Shown: positions 13,501 to 28,500 of the stretch, one piece after another
Position numbering within the stretch: position 1 is the first letter of the stretch
Layout: every line of letters starts with the position of its first letter
The notes under the pieces: model-generated
Database searches by the model: none
Told to the model about the DNA's origin: nothing
Seen by the model: the letters and a program-made list of their open reading frames with translations, nothing else
Translations under genes and position numbers: made by a program
Source: Isurus oxyrinchus
Lineage: Eukaryota
Assembly (NCBI GenBank): GCA_026770705.1
Contig: JANJGN010000004.1
Location: 192,014,001 to 192,078,000, forward strand
DNA: 64,000 bases
Direction of reading: 5' to 3'

Positions 13501-16500
13501 CTGAATAGGATTGGTTTTACCTGATATTCTTCCACTGGTGGGGAGACAATGTAGCACATTTTGCAATAAATAATCGAAACGTTTATGAATTGTTTTTATC
13601 TCTTTAGGGTGTTCAAGGCTAATAGGATGCACCAGATCTTTGAAAAGGTAGGATGATTGGTTATTGATACATGCGAGGTAGCAGAAATATTCTGGTTCAG
13701 GGTGGAATTGAACATCTCTTGCTCACAAACAGAGTGCAGCTCGTTGGTGATTAACTGCTAACATGGTAATCCTTTTCAAACACTGGCTGTGGGGAAAGTG
13801 ATCTAAATAGGCTGAGAGATTAATCATTATTGAGTAAAATCTGCCAGTTGCCAGAGACTTATAAACCCCTGACTCCAGATTCACCTGCAATCTTCCTTCC
13901 ACCAAATTAACCTGCAGTTCATCCCAGTATAAAAATGAAGATCTTGCTCATGTTTACCCCTGTGGACACTTTGAGTTGCAACGAATGCTTTCTGGAGGGA
14001 AAGACTTTACTAGATTGAAATATTATCGCTTGCAGTGAATACTTGAGAATAATGTGCAAGTATTTGATTTTATAGTACTTTTACATCCTGTTATTTTCTC
14101 CCTCCCCCTTCAAAGAGCAGAATTTCCAATGGGTGAGGAGATGGTCTCCCAGTCATTCCCCGTTTCCCAAGCCTTCTGCAGCTCTGCCACCAAAGTTATG
14201 AAAGATGGCCTCAAGAAACCCTTGCAAGAATTTCACTCATACCTCCAATACCCTCCCTCCCCTATCCTGAATCTAGTGACTGAAAGATAACCAGAACTGC
14301 CTGGAATCATTTGTTACTGTGATTTTTGCTGGTTTCTGCAGCCTTCCTGGTGTTGCAGCTGCTTGACTATGTCCTGGGTTCCGTGTGCCAGTCACACTAG
14401 GTGCCAAGCGTAGACTGTGAGCGATGGGCGAGCTGTTCAACTGTGCCAAGCCTGATGGCGTCCACAATCGTGATCATTTATAGCAGGGTTCAATTGGTTG
14501 ACTGTGTTCATCACCCTCAGAAAACTGTTCTCTGTACAACACGAGCAAGTGGTTGATGTCACCAGGGATTACACTGTTAGCTTCCTCTGAATATTTTTGC
14601 TCCTTGTGTATTTTTCAGGAAGGATCCAGGTTCATCCATGACTGCCAGGACTGATCAGGCCCACCAGAAGTCTGCACCGGGTACTGACTGAACTTCAATG
14701 GCTGGATCAAAGTCTATTCAAACAGTGCAACGAGAGAGTTTAAGGAATATCGACAAATAGGAAATACCGGACAGATATTTAGGAGCAGATTGTCGCCTTC
14801 GCTGTCTGGGCGATAATCTGATGAGACAAACCGTTTGCACCAGCCTAGGAAGATTGGGTGTCGGTCACCCAAAATGACTCCCAGTAACTGGTGGTGGGGA
14901 GGGGGGGAGCAGTGTTAATTCAAGGCTCGTCACACCATCTCCTGCTCACTTCACATGACATTCTCCTACTCGAACATATACTTTCTCTGAAAACTGGGGA
15001 AGCTTCTTCCCTTCCGACACGACATGGACTGCAGAGATTCAAGAAGGCAGCTCACCACCACCTTCTCAAGGGCATCTAGGGATAGGCAATTAAATACTGG
15101 CCCAGCCAGCGAAGCCTACATCTGATGCACGAGTTAATAAAAAATCCCATCCAGCCTAATCCCGCTCTCCCTCTCACTCCACACACTGTTTACTATCCCA
15201 CACAGTCCAATACTACTGTCCTGCTCACTTCCCATACCCTACAATAGATTTTTTTTTATCTGTTTATGACATGTGGGCATCGCTGGCTAAATCAGCACTT
15301 ATTGCCCATTCCTAGACCTTTGTTCAAAGGGTATTTTTTTTAAAGAGTCAACCATGTTGCTGTGGGTTCGGAGTCACATGTAGGCCAGACCAAGTGAGGA
15401 CAGCAGACTTCCTTCCCTAAAGGAACTTAGTGAACCAGATGGGATTTTTTTGACAATTGACCATGGTTTCATGGTCACCATCTTACCTTTAATTCCAGAT
15501 TGTTTTTATTGGATTCAAATTTCACCATCTACTGCGGTGGAACTTGAACCTGGGTACCCAGGGCGTTACCCTGGGTCTTTGGAATACTAGTCCAGTGATA
15601 ATACCACTATGCCATCACCTCCCTCCAATATGCCACCCAGTCTAATCCCACTCACCCCCTCACTCCACATACCCTACAATATCTCATCCCGTCTAATCCC
15701 ACTCTGCTCCTCACCCCACACACCCTACAATATCCCACCCAGACTAACCCGACTCTCCTGCTGTCTCCACATACCCTACAATACCCCACCCAGTCTAATC
15801 TGACTCTCCTGCTCACACCATATACCCTACAATATCCATCCAATCTAATCTCACTCTTCCCCCCAACCCACATACCCTATGATATTCCACCCAGTCTAAT
15901 CCGACTCTCCCCCTCACTCCTTGTGATATAGGAAACGCAACAGCCAATTTGTGTCCAGCAAGGTCCCATAAACAGCATGCATTCAAACCAGTTAACCTGT
16001 CTCTTTAGTGATGTTGATTGAGGGATGACTGTGGACAAGAACACCAGGGGGAACTCCTCTCTTCTTTGAAATAATCACAGAATCACAGTGCAGAAGAGGC
16101 CCATTGGCCCAGCGAGTCTGTACCTACACATGAGAAACTCCTGACTTACCTACCTAACACCATTTACCAGCACTTGTCCCATAGCCTTGAATGTTATTGT
16201 ATGCCAAGTGCTCATCCAGGTACTTGTTAAAGGATGTGAGGCAACCCGTCTCCACCACCCTCCCAGGCAGCGCATTCCAGACCGTCACCACCTTCTGGAT
16301 AAAAGTTTTTCCTCACATCCCCCCTAAACCTCCTGCCCCTCACCTTGAGCTTATGCCCCCTTGTGACTGATCTTTCAACTAAGAGGAACAGCTGCTCCCT
16401 ATCCACACCCCTCATAGTCATGTAATTTTTCACATTCACCTGAGAGGGCAGGCAGGAACTGGGTTTAATGTCTCACCTGAAAGATAGCACCCCTGACAGT

Positions 16501-19500
16501 GCAGCACCCCATCAGGGCTACATTGAAGTGTCAGCTAGATTTAGTGTTGGAAGTCTCTGGAGTGGGGGGATTGAACCCACAACCTTCTCACTCAGAGGGG
16601 TCTGTGCTGCCCACTGAGCCACTGCTGATATCTAATGACAGCTATGTCAGATGTATGGCACTGTTTCATACCTGTTTGTGTTACAGAGCAAGGCGATTCC
16701 AACACCTACGCCGAGATTGAAAGGGGCAGAACAGGTACACTGCATCTTAATGGTTTACTGTTGTTATTTGGTATTCAGACTCTATCCTCCAACCAACAGA
16801 AGTTTTTGTTTTGTTTTTGTAGGTGGCAAGAGATTCACAATTAGTGCTTCAGAAGACCGTGAGTGAATGTCTCCTTTAATATTGAGAAAAAATGTAGTTT
16901 CAAATCTCTCCCACTCCCCCATATCCTTAAAAGCTGACTTGTTTGTGAGTCTGGCAACCTAGGTAAAGGTTGGTGGATGCTGCAATGGGAGATCGTTCCG
17001 CTCCCAAGATTCATGCCTGTCCCACCATCAGAAATTCATCTCAAATGAGAGCTCCCAGTTCAGCCTTGAGTGACCATGAACTCTCCCCTTAGGAGCTGCT
17101 TCATAAAGTGGATCCCAGCCAGCACCACACCCTCAGCATGGGCTTGTGAAATGAAGGCCATGACTGGCCAGCTTGATTGAATTTTTTCAGGAGGTAGCCA
17201 GGAGGGTGGATGGGGTCAGCACAGTTTGAGGTAGCCCACGTGGATCTTAGCAAGGCTTTTGACAAGGTTCCACGTGGCAAACTGGTCAGAAAATTAAAAG
17301 CTCATAGGATCTAAGGGAGGGTGGCAAATTGGATGCAAAACTGTCTTAGTGGCAGGAAGCAAAGTGTTATGGTCGATGGGTAGTTTTGGGCAACTGCAGC
17401 AAGTGTTGGTTGCTGGAGGAACTCCGGCTCAGAATTGATGAGCTGGAGTCCGAGCTCCGGACACTGCGGCACATCTGGGAGGGGACGAGTTACCTGGACG
17501 CTTTGTTTCAGGAGGCGGTTACACCTGGTAGATTAAGTACCTCAAGTTCGGTCAGTGGTCAGGGTCAGCAGGGTGTGACTGCAAGTGAGGCAGGTAGAGG
17601 GATCCTGTATTCAGGAACAGAGGAGCCTCAGCTCTTGACCGTGTCCAACAGGTACGAGGTACTTGCTCCCTGTGTGGATGAGGAAGAGGGCTGTAGGGAG
17701 GATGAGCCAGCTGACCACGGAACCATGGCACAAGAAGCCATTCACAAGGGGGGAACAAAAAGACAAGTGGTAGTTGTAGGGGATTCTATAATTAGGGGAA
17801 TAGATAGCATCCTTTGTAAGCAGGATCGAGAGTCCCGCATGGTATGTTGCCTGCCTGGTGCCAGGGTGAGGGACATCTCTGACCGGCTTGAAAGGATATT
17901 GGAGAGGGAGGGGGAGGATCCAGTTGTTGTGGTCCACATCGGGACAAATAACATAGGTAAGACTAGGAAAGAAGATCTGTTTGGGGATTATCAGGAACTA
18001 GGAACTAACTTAATGAACAGGTCCTCAAGGGTTATAATCTCCGGATTACTACCCGAGCCACGTGCAAATTGGCATAGGGACGCGAGAATAAGGGAAGTAG
18101 ACACATGGCTAAGGGAGTGGTGCGGGAAAGAGGGGTTCCATTTCGTGGGGCACTGGCATCAGTATTGGAACAGGAGGGATCTGTACCGTTGGGATGGTCT
18201 CCACCTGAACCGATCTGGGACCAATGTTCTAGCGAAAAGGGTAAATAGGGTGGTCAACAGGACTTTAAACTAGAAAGTGGGGGGGGGGAAGGGAAGGGTA
18301 AAACTCCAAAAGTATGACCAATGGGAAACAAAGCAGCAGGTTAGCATGTGGGAGGTGGATTCAACTTCAAGGAAAGTTATGAAAAAAAGGAAAAGAAAGG
18401 AGAGCCCAGGAGAGGCTATTAAAGTCTCCAGAACACAAAATAGGACAGAGTGTTTAGAAAGGGCTAGGAATCTAACTTCCAGCACATCAGATAAAGGGAT
18501 GACAATGAGAAAGGGGACAGGAAATACAGGACTGAAGGTGTTATATCTGAATGCATGCAGTATACGAAATAAGCTAAATGAGCTTGTGGCACAGATTGAA
18601 ATTGGCAGGTATGATGTGGTGGGCATCACGGAGACATGGCTGCAAGGGGATCAGGACTGGGAGCTAAATATCCAAGGATATACATCCTATCGAAAAGATA
18701 GGCAGCTTGGCAGAGGGGGTGGGGTTGCTTTGTTAGTAAGAAATGAAATTAAATCGATAGCAAGAAATTATGTAGAGTCAGATGATGCAGAATCTGTGTG
18801 GGTAGAGTTGAGGAACTGCAAAGGTAGAAAAACCATAATGGGAGTTATGTACAGGCCTCTGAACAGTAGTCAGGATGTGGGGCACTAGATACAGCAGGAG
18901 ATAGAAAAGGCGTGTAAGAAAGGCAAGGTTACAGTGATCATGGGGGGATTTCAATATGCAGGTAGACTGGGAAAATCAGGTTGGTAATGGATCCCAAGAA
19001 AAGGAATTTGTGGAATGTCTACGAGATGGCTTTTTGGAGCAGCTTGTGGTGGAGCCCACTAGGGAACAGGCAATTCTAGATTTAGTGATGTGTAATGAGG
19101 CAAATTTGATAAGGGAGTTTAAGGTGAAGGAACCCTTAGGAGGAAGTGACCGTAATATGATAGAATTTACCCTGCAATTTGAGAGGAAAAAGCTGGAATC
19201 AGATGTAACGGTATTACAGTTGAATAAAGGCAACTACAGAGGCATGAGGGAGGAGCTGGCCAGAATTGACTGGGAGATGAGCCTAGCAGGTAAGACAGTG
19301 GAACAGCAATGGCAGGAGTTTCTGGGAGTAATTTGGGAGACACAGCAAAAATTCATCCCTAGGAAGAAGAAGCATACTAAAGGGAGGACGAGGCAACCAT
19401 GGCTGACAAGGGAAGTCAGGGACAGCATAAAAGCTAAAGAGAAAGCATACAATGCGGCGAAGAGCAGTGGGAAACCAGGGGATTGGGAAACCTACAAAGA

Positions 19501-22500
19501 CCAACAGAGGACAACTAAAAAAGAAATAAGGAGGGAGAAGATTAAATATGAGGGTAAATTATCCAGTAATATAAAAGAAGATTGCAAGAGTTTTTTTAGA
19601 TATATAAAGGGTAAGAGAGGGGCAAAAATGGACATTGGGCTGCTGGAAAATGACACTGGAGAAGTAGTAGTGGGGAACAAAGAAATGGCGGAGGAACTGA
19701 ATAGGTACTTTGTGTCAGTCTTCACGGTGGAAGACACAAGTAACATCCCCAAAGTTCAAGAGAGTCGGGGGCAGAGGTGAGTATGGTGGCCATTACCAAG
19801 GAGAAGGTGCTAGGAAAACTGAAAGGTCTGAAGGTGCATAAATCACCTGGGCCAGATGGATTACACCCCAGAGTTCTGAAGGAGATAGCTGAAGAGATAG
19901 TGGAGGCGTTAGTGGTGATCTTTCAGGAATCACTGGAGTCAGAGAGGGTCCCAGAGGACTGGAAAATCGCTAATGTAACCCCCCTGTTTAAGAAGGGTGT
20001 GAGGCAAAAGACAGGAAATTACAGGCTGATTAGCCTGACCTCGGTCGTTGGTAAGATTTTAGAGTCCATTATTAAGGATGAGATTTCAGAATACTTGGAA
20101 GTGCATGGTAAAATTGGGCAAAGTCAGCATGGTTTCATCAAGGGGAGGTCATGCCTGACAAATCTGTTAGAATTCTTCGAGGAGGTAACGAGTAGGTTAG
20201 ACAAAGGAGAGCCAATGGATGTTATCTACTTGGACTTCCAGAAGGCCTTTGATAAGGTGCCGCACAGGAGGCTGCTCAGTAAGATAAGAGCCCATGGTGT
20301 TAGAGGCAAGGTACTAGCATGGATAGAAGATTGGCTGTCTGGCAGGAGGCAGAGAGTGGGGATAAGGGGGCCCTTCTCAGGATGACCGCCGGTCACTAGT
20401 AGAGTTCCATAGGGGTCAGTATTGGGACCACAACTTTTCACTTTATGCATTAATGATCTAGATGAAGGAACTGAGGGCATCCTGGCTAAGTTTGCAGATG
20501 ATACAAAGATTGGTGGAGGGACAGGTAGTATTGAGGAGGTGGGGAGGCTGCAGAAGGATTTGGACAGGTTAGGAGAATGGGCAAAGAAGTGGCAGATGGA
20601 ATACAACGTGGGGAAGTGTGAGGTCTTACACTTTGGTAGGAAGAATAGAGGCATTGACTATTTTCTAAATGGGGAGAGAATTCAGAAATCTGGAGTGCAA
20701 AGGGACTTGGGAGTCCTAGTCCAGGATTCTCTTAAGGTTAACTTGCAGGTTGAGTCAGTAGTTAGGAAGACAAATGCAATGTTGGCATTTATTTCGAGAG
20801 GACTAGAATATAAAAGCAGGGATGTGCGGCTGAGACTTTATAAGGCTCTGGTCAGACCACATTTAGAATATTGTGAGCAATTTTGGGCCCCGTATCTCAG
20901 GAAGGATGTTCTAGCTCTGGAGAGGATCCAGAGGAGTTTCACGAGAATGATTCCAGGAATGAAAGGCTTAACATATGAGGAACGTATGAGGACTCTAGGT
21001 CAATACTTGATGGCGTTTAGAAGGATGTGGGGATATCTGATTGAAACTTACAGAATACTGAAAGGCCCGGATAGAGTGGACGTGGGGAAGATGTTTCCAT
21101 TAGTAGGAGAGACTAGGACCCGAGGGCACAGCCTCAGAGTAAAGGGAAGACCTTTTAGAACAGAGTTGAGGAGAAACTTCTTTAGCCAGAGAGTGGTGAA
21201 TCTATGGAATTCATTGCCACAGAAGGCTGTGGAGGCCAGGTCATTGAGTGTATTTAAGACCGAGATAGATAGGTTCTTGATTGGTAAGGGGATCAAAGGT
21301 TACGGGGAGAAGTTGGGAGAATGGGGTTGAGAAACTTATCAGCCATGATTGAATGGCGGAGCAGACTCGATGGGAGATATCAATGGACTGGCCAGGTGGG
21401 CAGAAAAGTGGTAAATGTACCTCAGTCTGAAGAAGTATGAAGTAATGTATTTGGGGAAACTGAACATGGCAAAGGAATACACACCAAATGGCAAGATCCT
21501 GAGAAATGTAGGGGTGAAAAAGCACCTTAGAGTGTTGCTCTCGGTAGAAGGTAGCACGGCATGTAGATAAGGTAGTCAGGCATTCTTATAGGATACTTTC
21601 CTATATTGGCCGATGCCTAGAGTATAAGAACAGGGAGGTTAAGTAAGAATTGTGTAAAACACCAGTTGGACCACAGCTGGAATACTGCATCCAGTTCTGG
21701 TCACCACATTACAGGAAGGATCTGATCACACCTGAGAGGCTAGGGGGAGAATTTTAAGGATGTTGCCGGGAATTAAGAGTTTTACCTATGAGGAAAGATT
21801 GCATGGGAAAGGTTGGTTTATTTGCAACAGAGGAAACTGAAGGGAGATACAATTGAGGTGGATAAGATAATAAGGGGCCTAGATAGAGTGGATAGGGAGG
21901 CCCTATTTCCAACAGCAGAGAGGTCAATAACCAGGGACATGGATTTAAAGTAATTGGTGGAATGTTTGGAGGAGGAGTTGAGGAGTAAATTTATTCACTC
22001 ACAGGGTGGTGAGTGTCTGGAACTGACTGCTTGAAAGAGTGTTAGGGGCAGAAACCCTCATCACATTTAAAAAAACACTTGGACATGCATTTGAAGAACC
22101 CATACCTCCAGGGTTACGGACCAAAAGCTGGAAGGTGGGATTAGAGTGCATAGCACTTTATTGGCCAGCTTATACATGATGGGCCAAATAGCCTCCCCTG
22201 TGCTGTAAATCTTTCTATGTTTCTATGTAAAGCTCCCTCTACATTATCTCATCAAACAGGGCAGGTATAGCCGGTGTTGCATATTGTATCAAGCCCCCTA
22301 TACACTGTCCCATTCAGCTGCAGCACTGTCTGCTCATTAATAAGCATGGTTTCTCTGGTGGGTTAATATTTATGGGACTTAAGCTGTCTCCTCTGCTGTG
22401 GAGTGGTAGATGCCATTGAAGGATGGTAATGTCATGTGACAAAATGAAAGCTTTTGACTGTAAATTCAGTCAATTTCATAGTGATGGGGGCATGATTCCA

Positions 22501-25500
22501 GATGTTGGGTGTGTAAATTGTGTGTAAGTTGGGATGATACCCTCTCACAGCAAGTGTTTGCCCATTAGATCTGTCTGGGGACATTCGATTAAGACCATGC
22601 CTGATTTGCACTTCAACTCCATTTTCCTTCCTTTGCTCTCTTATCCTGTTAATTAAAGGGGGGAGAGATAAACCTTGTAACGACAGGCCCATGAGTCAAA
22701 TGGTGGCAGAGGGAGACAATAATCTGGGACAAAATTAATTGGCACTTGGGAAAGTCTGGGTTAATAAATAAAAGCCAGTACAGATGTGTTAAACACAAAT
22801 TGTTTCTGAGGAACCTGATTGAGGTATTTGAAGTTAGAGAGTTGATGAGGGTCGTTGCAATAAACTTGGTGTACTGGACAGGCTTCCTCTTAGAAACAGT
22901 AAACTTTATTTACAGAGCTGCTGATGAAATGTGAACCAAGCCCACCACTAGAAAGCTCCGCCCCTAAGATTACCTGCGCTTAGGGCTGATTCATCTGTAC
23001 AGTCACATGACCCTCAAAACAGTATAAAAGGTTTTACTTACAATCAGTACATCCCTACCCCTTTAATTTTGTTTTACATCTTTTATTTAAAAGAATATCT
23101 TAAATCCATAACATGTACAAATACATCCAGTTCATGGAATTATAGATTGAGGTGGTTTTCTGATTCGGGTAGAGCGATGTAACTCTACGGCTTGAGATTC
23201 TTCCACTGGATCGACTTGACCAGGAACTGCAGCATCAGGGACATCCTTAGACAATGGCAGTTCAGAATTATTTACTTCCACAGAGACATCAGGTACGACT
23301 ATTCTTTGTCAATCTGGTGCCTCAGGGATTGAAGGTTCAACTTCATGTTCAGGTGGAGGAACTGATTGCTGGAGCGTCTCTCTACGTCTTAGATAATCCA
23401 CATGTTTCTGAACAATCCTGTTTTCCGCTTCCATTTGGTATGACAAAGGTCCTGTTTCAGAGACAACTGTACCAAGAACGCATCTCGGTCCAGTTCCAAA
23501 ATTTCGCAGAATAACTGTCACTCGCACAGTAAGTTTTCAATCTTTACTGTGAAAATCATGATTCACTCCTGACTACTTTGGTTCCCTCCAAGTCAGGGAA
23601 CAGCAGACTCAATCTCGTACGAAGGCGGTGTTTCATACTGATGTGGTTGACCCTTAAATGCCCCACGAAATAGCCTAGCCAGCCACTCAGTTGTATCAAA
23701 CAGCTACAAAGTCTCAAAAAAGGAATGAAGTCGGACAGACTGCCCGGCATCCACCTAGGCACCGGAAAGGACAATGGCAAACTCAGCGCTGTCGACCCTG
23801 CAAAGTCTTCCTTACTAACTCCCGGGGGCAAGTGCCAAAATTGGGAGAACTGTCTCACAGACTAGTCAAGCAACAGCCTGACATAGTCATCCTCACAGAA
23901 TCATACCTTACAGATAATGTCCCAGGCTCCACCATCACCATCCCTGGGTATGTCCTGTCCCACCAGCAGGATAGACTCAGCAGAGGTGGAGGCACAGTGG
24001 TATACAGTCGGGAGGGAGTTGCCCTGGAGTCCTCAACCTGGACTCTGGACTTCATGAAGTCTCATGGCATCAGGTCAAACATGGGCAAGGAAAACTCCTG
24101 CTGATTACCACATACCGCCCTCCCTCACTGATGAATCAGTGCTCCTCCATGTTGAACACCACTTGGAGGAAGCACTGAGGGTGGGAAGGGCACAGAATGT
24201 ACTCTGGGTGGGGGACTTCAATTTCCATCACCAAGAGTGGCTCAGTAGCACTACTACTGACCAAGCTGGCTGAGTGCTAAAGGACATAGCTGCTAGACTG
24301 GGTCTGTGGCAGGTGGTGAGGGAACCAACAAGAGGGAAAAACATAGTTGACCTCTTCATCACCAACCTGCCTGCTGCGAATGCATCTGTCCATGAAACAT
24401 TTGCTACAATCTTTGGCCAGAAGTGCCAAGTGGATGATCCATCTCGGCCTCCTCCGGAGGTCCCCAGCATCACAGATGCCAGTCTTCAGCCAATTCAATT
24501 CACTCCACATGATATCAAGAAATGGCTGAAGGCACTGGATACTGCAAAGGCTGTGGGCCCTGACAGTACAACAGCAATAGTACTAAATACTTGTGCTCCA
24601 GAACTTGCCAAGCCCCTAGCCAAGCTGTTCCAGTGCAGCTACAACACTGGTATCTACCTGGCTATTTGGAAAATTTCCTAGGTACGTCCTGTACACAAAA
24701 GGCAGGACAAATCCAACCCAGCCAATTACTGCCCTATCAGTCTACCCTCGATCATCAGTAAAGTAATGGAAGGGGTCATCAATAGTGCTATCAAGCGGCA
24801 CTTGCTTAACAAGAACCTGCTCACTGATGCCCAGTTAGGGTCCTACCAGGGCCACTCAGCTCCTGACCTCATTACAGCTTTGGTTCAAACATGGACAAAA
24901 GAGCTGAACTCCCAAGGTGAGGTGAGAGTGACTGCTCTTGACATCAAGGCCACATTTGACTGAGTGTGGCATCAAGGAGCCCTAGCAAACAGAAGTCAGT
25001 GGGAATCAGGGGAAAACTGTCCACTGATTGATATCATATCTAGCACAAAGGAAGATGATCGTTGGAGGTCAGTCATCTCAGCTCCAGGACATCACTTAAG
25101 GAGTTCCTCAGGGTAGTGTCCTTGGCCTAACCATCTTCAGCTGCTTCATCAGTGACCTTCCTTCCATCATAAGGTCAGAAGTGGAGATGTTCGCTGATGA
25201 TTGCACAATGTTCAGCACCATTCACGACTCCTCAGATACTGAATGCAGCAAGATCTGGACAATATCCAGGCTTGGGCTGACAAGTGGCAAGTAACATACG
25301 TGGCACACAAGTGCCAGGCAATGACCATCTCCAACAAGAGGGAATCTAACCATTTCCCCTTGACGTTCAATGGCATTACCATCACTGAATCCTCTACTAT
25401 CAACATTCTGGGGGTTACCATTAATCAGAAATTGGTGGGGTAGTAAATAGTGAGAAGGATAGACTTAGATTACAGGAGGACATGGACGGGCTGGTCAGAT

Positions 25501-28500
25501 GGGCTGATTAGTGGCAAATGGAACTTAATCCAGATGAGTGTGAGGTGATGCACTTGGGCAGGACAAACAAGGCACGGGAATACACGATGAATGTCTGGCC
25601 TGGGAAGTATTGAGCATCAGATGGATCTTGGTGTGCATGTCCACCTGTCCTTTAAGGTAATAGACAGGTAGATAAGGCGGTTAAGAAGACATATGGGATA
25701 CTTGCCTTTATTAGCTGAGGCATTGAATGTAAGAGCAGGGAGGTTATGCAGGAACTGAATAAAACGCTAGTTAGACCACAGCTAGAGTATTGCTTGCAGT
25801 TCTGGAATCTGCATTTTAGGAAGGATGTGATTGCACTGGAGAGAGTGCAGAGGAGATTTACCAGGATGTTGCCTGGGCTGGAGAGTTTCTTATGAAGAGA
25901 GATTGGATAGATTGGGGTTATTTTCACTGGCGCAGAGGAGATTGAGGGGGGACATAATTGAGGTGTATAAAATTATGAGGGGCATAGATAGGGTAGAGAG
26001 GGAGGAACTTTTCCCCTTAGTGGAGGGATCAATAACCAAGGGGCATAGATTTAAGGAAAGGGGTAGGAGGTTTAGAGGGGATTTGAGGAAGAATTTTTTC
26101 ACCCAGAGGGTGTTGGGAATCTGGAACTCACTGCCTGAAAGGGTGGTAGAGGCAGAAACCCTCATAATATTTAAGAAGTATTTGAATGTGCGCTTGCGAT
26201 GCCATGGCATACAAGGCTATGGGCCTAGTACTGGAAAATGGAATTAGAATTATTAGGTACTTGTTTGACTGGTGCAGACTCAATGGGCCAAAGGGCCTTT
26301 TTCTGTGCTTTAGACCTCTATGACTCCATAACTATGAGAAACTGAGCTGGACTAGCCATATAAATATTGTGGCTACAAGAGCAGGTCAGGAGGCTAGGAA
26401 TCCTGTGACGAGTAACTCACCTCCTGACTCCCCAAAGCCTGTCCACCATCAAGTCAGGAGTGTGATGAAATACTCCCCACTGGCCTGGATGAGTGCAGCT
26501 CCCACAACACTCAAGAAGTTTGACACCATCCAGGATAAAGCAGCCCGCCTGATTGGCACCCCATCCACAAACATTCACTCCCTCCACCACCGATGTACAG
26601 TAGCAGCAGTGTGTACCATCTACAAGATGCACTGCCGGAAGTCACAAGGTTCCTTCGACAGCACCTTCTAAACCCATGACCACTGCCATCTGAATGGACA
26701 AGGACAGCATATTGATGGGAATACCACCACCCGGAAGTTCCCATCCAAGCCACACACCATCCTGACTTGGAAATATATCACCGTTCCTTCACTTTCGTAG
26801 GGTCAAAATCTTGGAATTCCATTCCTAACAGCACTGTGGGTGTACCTACACCTCATGGACTGCAGCGGTTCAAGAAGGCAGCTCACCACCACCTTCTCAA
26901 GGGCAATGAGGGATGGGCAATAAATGCTGGCCCAGCCAGTGATACCTGTACCCCATGAATGAATAAATAAAATGGATGCAACTCTTGGTTATCCACTTGA
27001 TGACCCAAATAAGTGACTTCGGTCGCTTGGAAAGCACACTTCTCTTTTTTCAATAGTCCACCAACCTCCAAAAATCTCCTTAAAATCTCTTCTAGGTTAG
27101 CCAAGTGTTCAGCTTCCATTGATCCTGTGATCAGGACGTTGTTCTGGTACAGCACAGCTCGAGGAAGTCCTAACAGTAGGCTTTCCATGGTTTTTTGGAA
27201 AATCGCACAGGCAGAATACACACCAAAGGGTAGGTGTGTATATTGGTACAGGTCCTTGTGCGAGTTGATGGTTACATACCCTCTTGCTGTGTTCTCCAGC
27301 TCGAGCTGTTGCTATGCATGGCTCATGTCCAGTCTGGTGTAGGATTTTCCTCCAGCCAGCTTAGCGTACAGATCTTCAATCCTTGGGATTGGATATTTGA
27401 CTAATTTAACATCCTCGTTCACAGTTCATTTGTAGTCTCGGCAAATGCGAATAGTTTGATCTAGTTTCATCACGAGGACTATGGCCGTGCCCGTTCTGAA
27501 AATTGGACTGGCTGGATTATTCCTTGCTTCTCTAAGCGGCACAATTCTGCATCTACCTTCCCCTTTAGGGCGTAAGGCACAGGTCTGGCCTTAAATAACA
27601 GGGGTGTTGTCTCCGAATCTATGTATATTTTTGCTTGTAGGCCTTTTATCTTTCCCAACTCGTCTTGGAATATGCTGTCATACTTTTTTAACTGCTCAGG
27701 AATTCCTCCTCTTCTAACTTGACAAATTTCTGACCAGTTGAGTTTAATGTCTTTCAACCAAAGTAACGCAGAAGTATAGGCCCTTCACCTGTTACAACAA
27801 TCATTGCTAGCTGGGCTGTCTGTAGCCTGTAGGTTGCAGGTACAGAGGCGATGAATTTTTCCTCAGTATCTTCATCAGAGTCAAGGGACAGGACATGAGC
27901 GCTGATGACCGTGGCATATTGGTCATGGCTGAGTTGGAGATGAAGTGTCGTGAGGCAAGAGTGTCAAGAGATAGAATCATATAGCACAGAAGGAGCTCAT
28001 TCAGCCCATCGTACCCATGCTGGCTCATTGAAAGAGCTGTCCGATTAGTCCCATTCTCCTGCTATTTACCCAAAAGCCCTGAAAATATCTCTCCTTCAAG
28101 TATTTATCCAGTTCCCCTTTCCAAAGTTACGACTAACACCAAGCTTTCAGAGAGCACATTCAGGATTATAACAACTTACTGCATATGTTTTTTCCTGATG
28201 ATGCCTTTACCAATTGCCTTAAAACTGATCCCTTTTGTGAGCCAATATGAAATCAAGATGGCTGATGATAGTAAACCCTCCAATCAAGGTTTCTCTAAAC
28301 TTTCTCTGCTTGAAGAATGAAGGAGAACAATCCCAAACCCTCCATCTTCTGCATCAAAGTGAAAAACCCAACCCTGGTGCCATTCCACTAAATCTCCTCA
28401 GCACCCTCTCTAAGGCCTTGACATCCCTCCCAGAATGTGGTGTCTGGAATTGAACACAATACTCCAGCTGGGCCTAGCCAGTGTCGTATAAATGGTTAGA

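Larger units (their letters stand above)
22870..27805 (-). mobile_element. Degraded Gypsy LTR element (pol fragments), split by LINE insertion
   Basis: KARPVPYAL, YPIPRIEDL, AIFQKTME, YLGH; integrase C-terminus VILRNF..GP...GTV....GPLSY. Confidence 0.85.
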
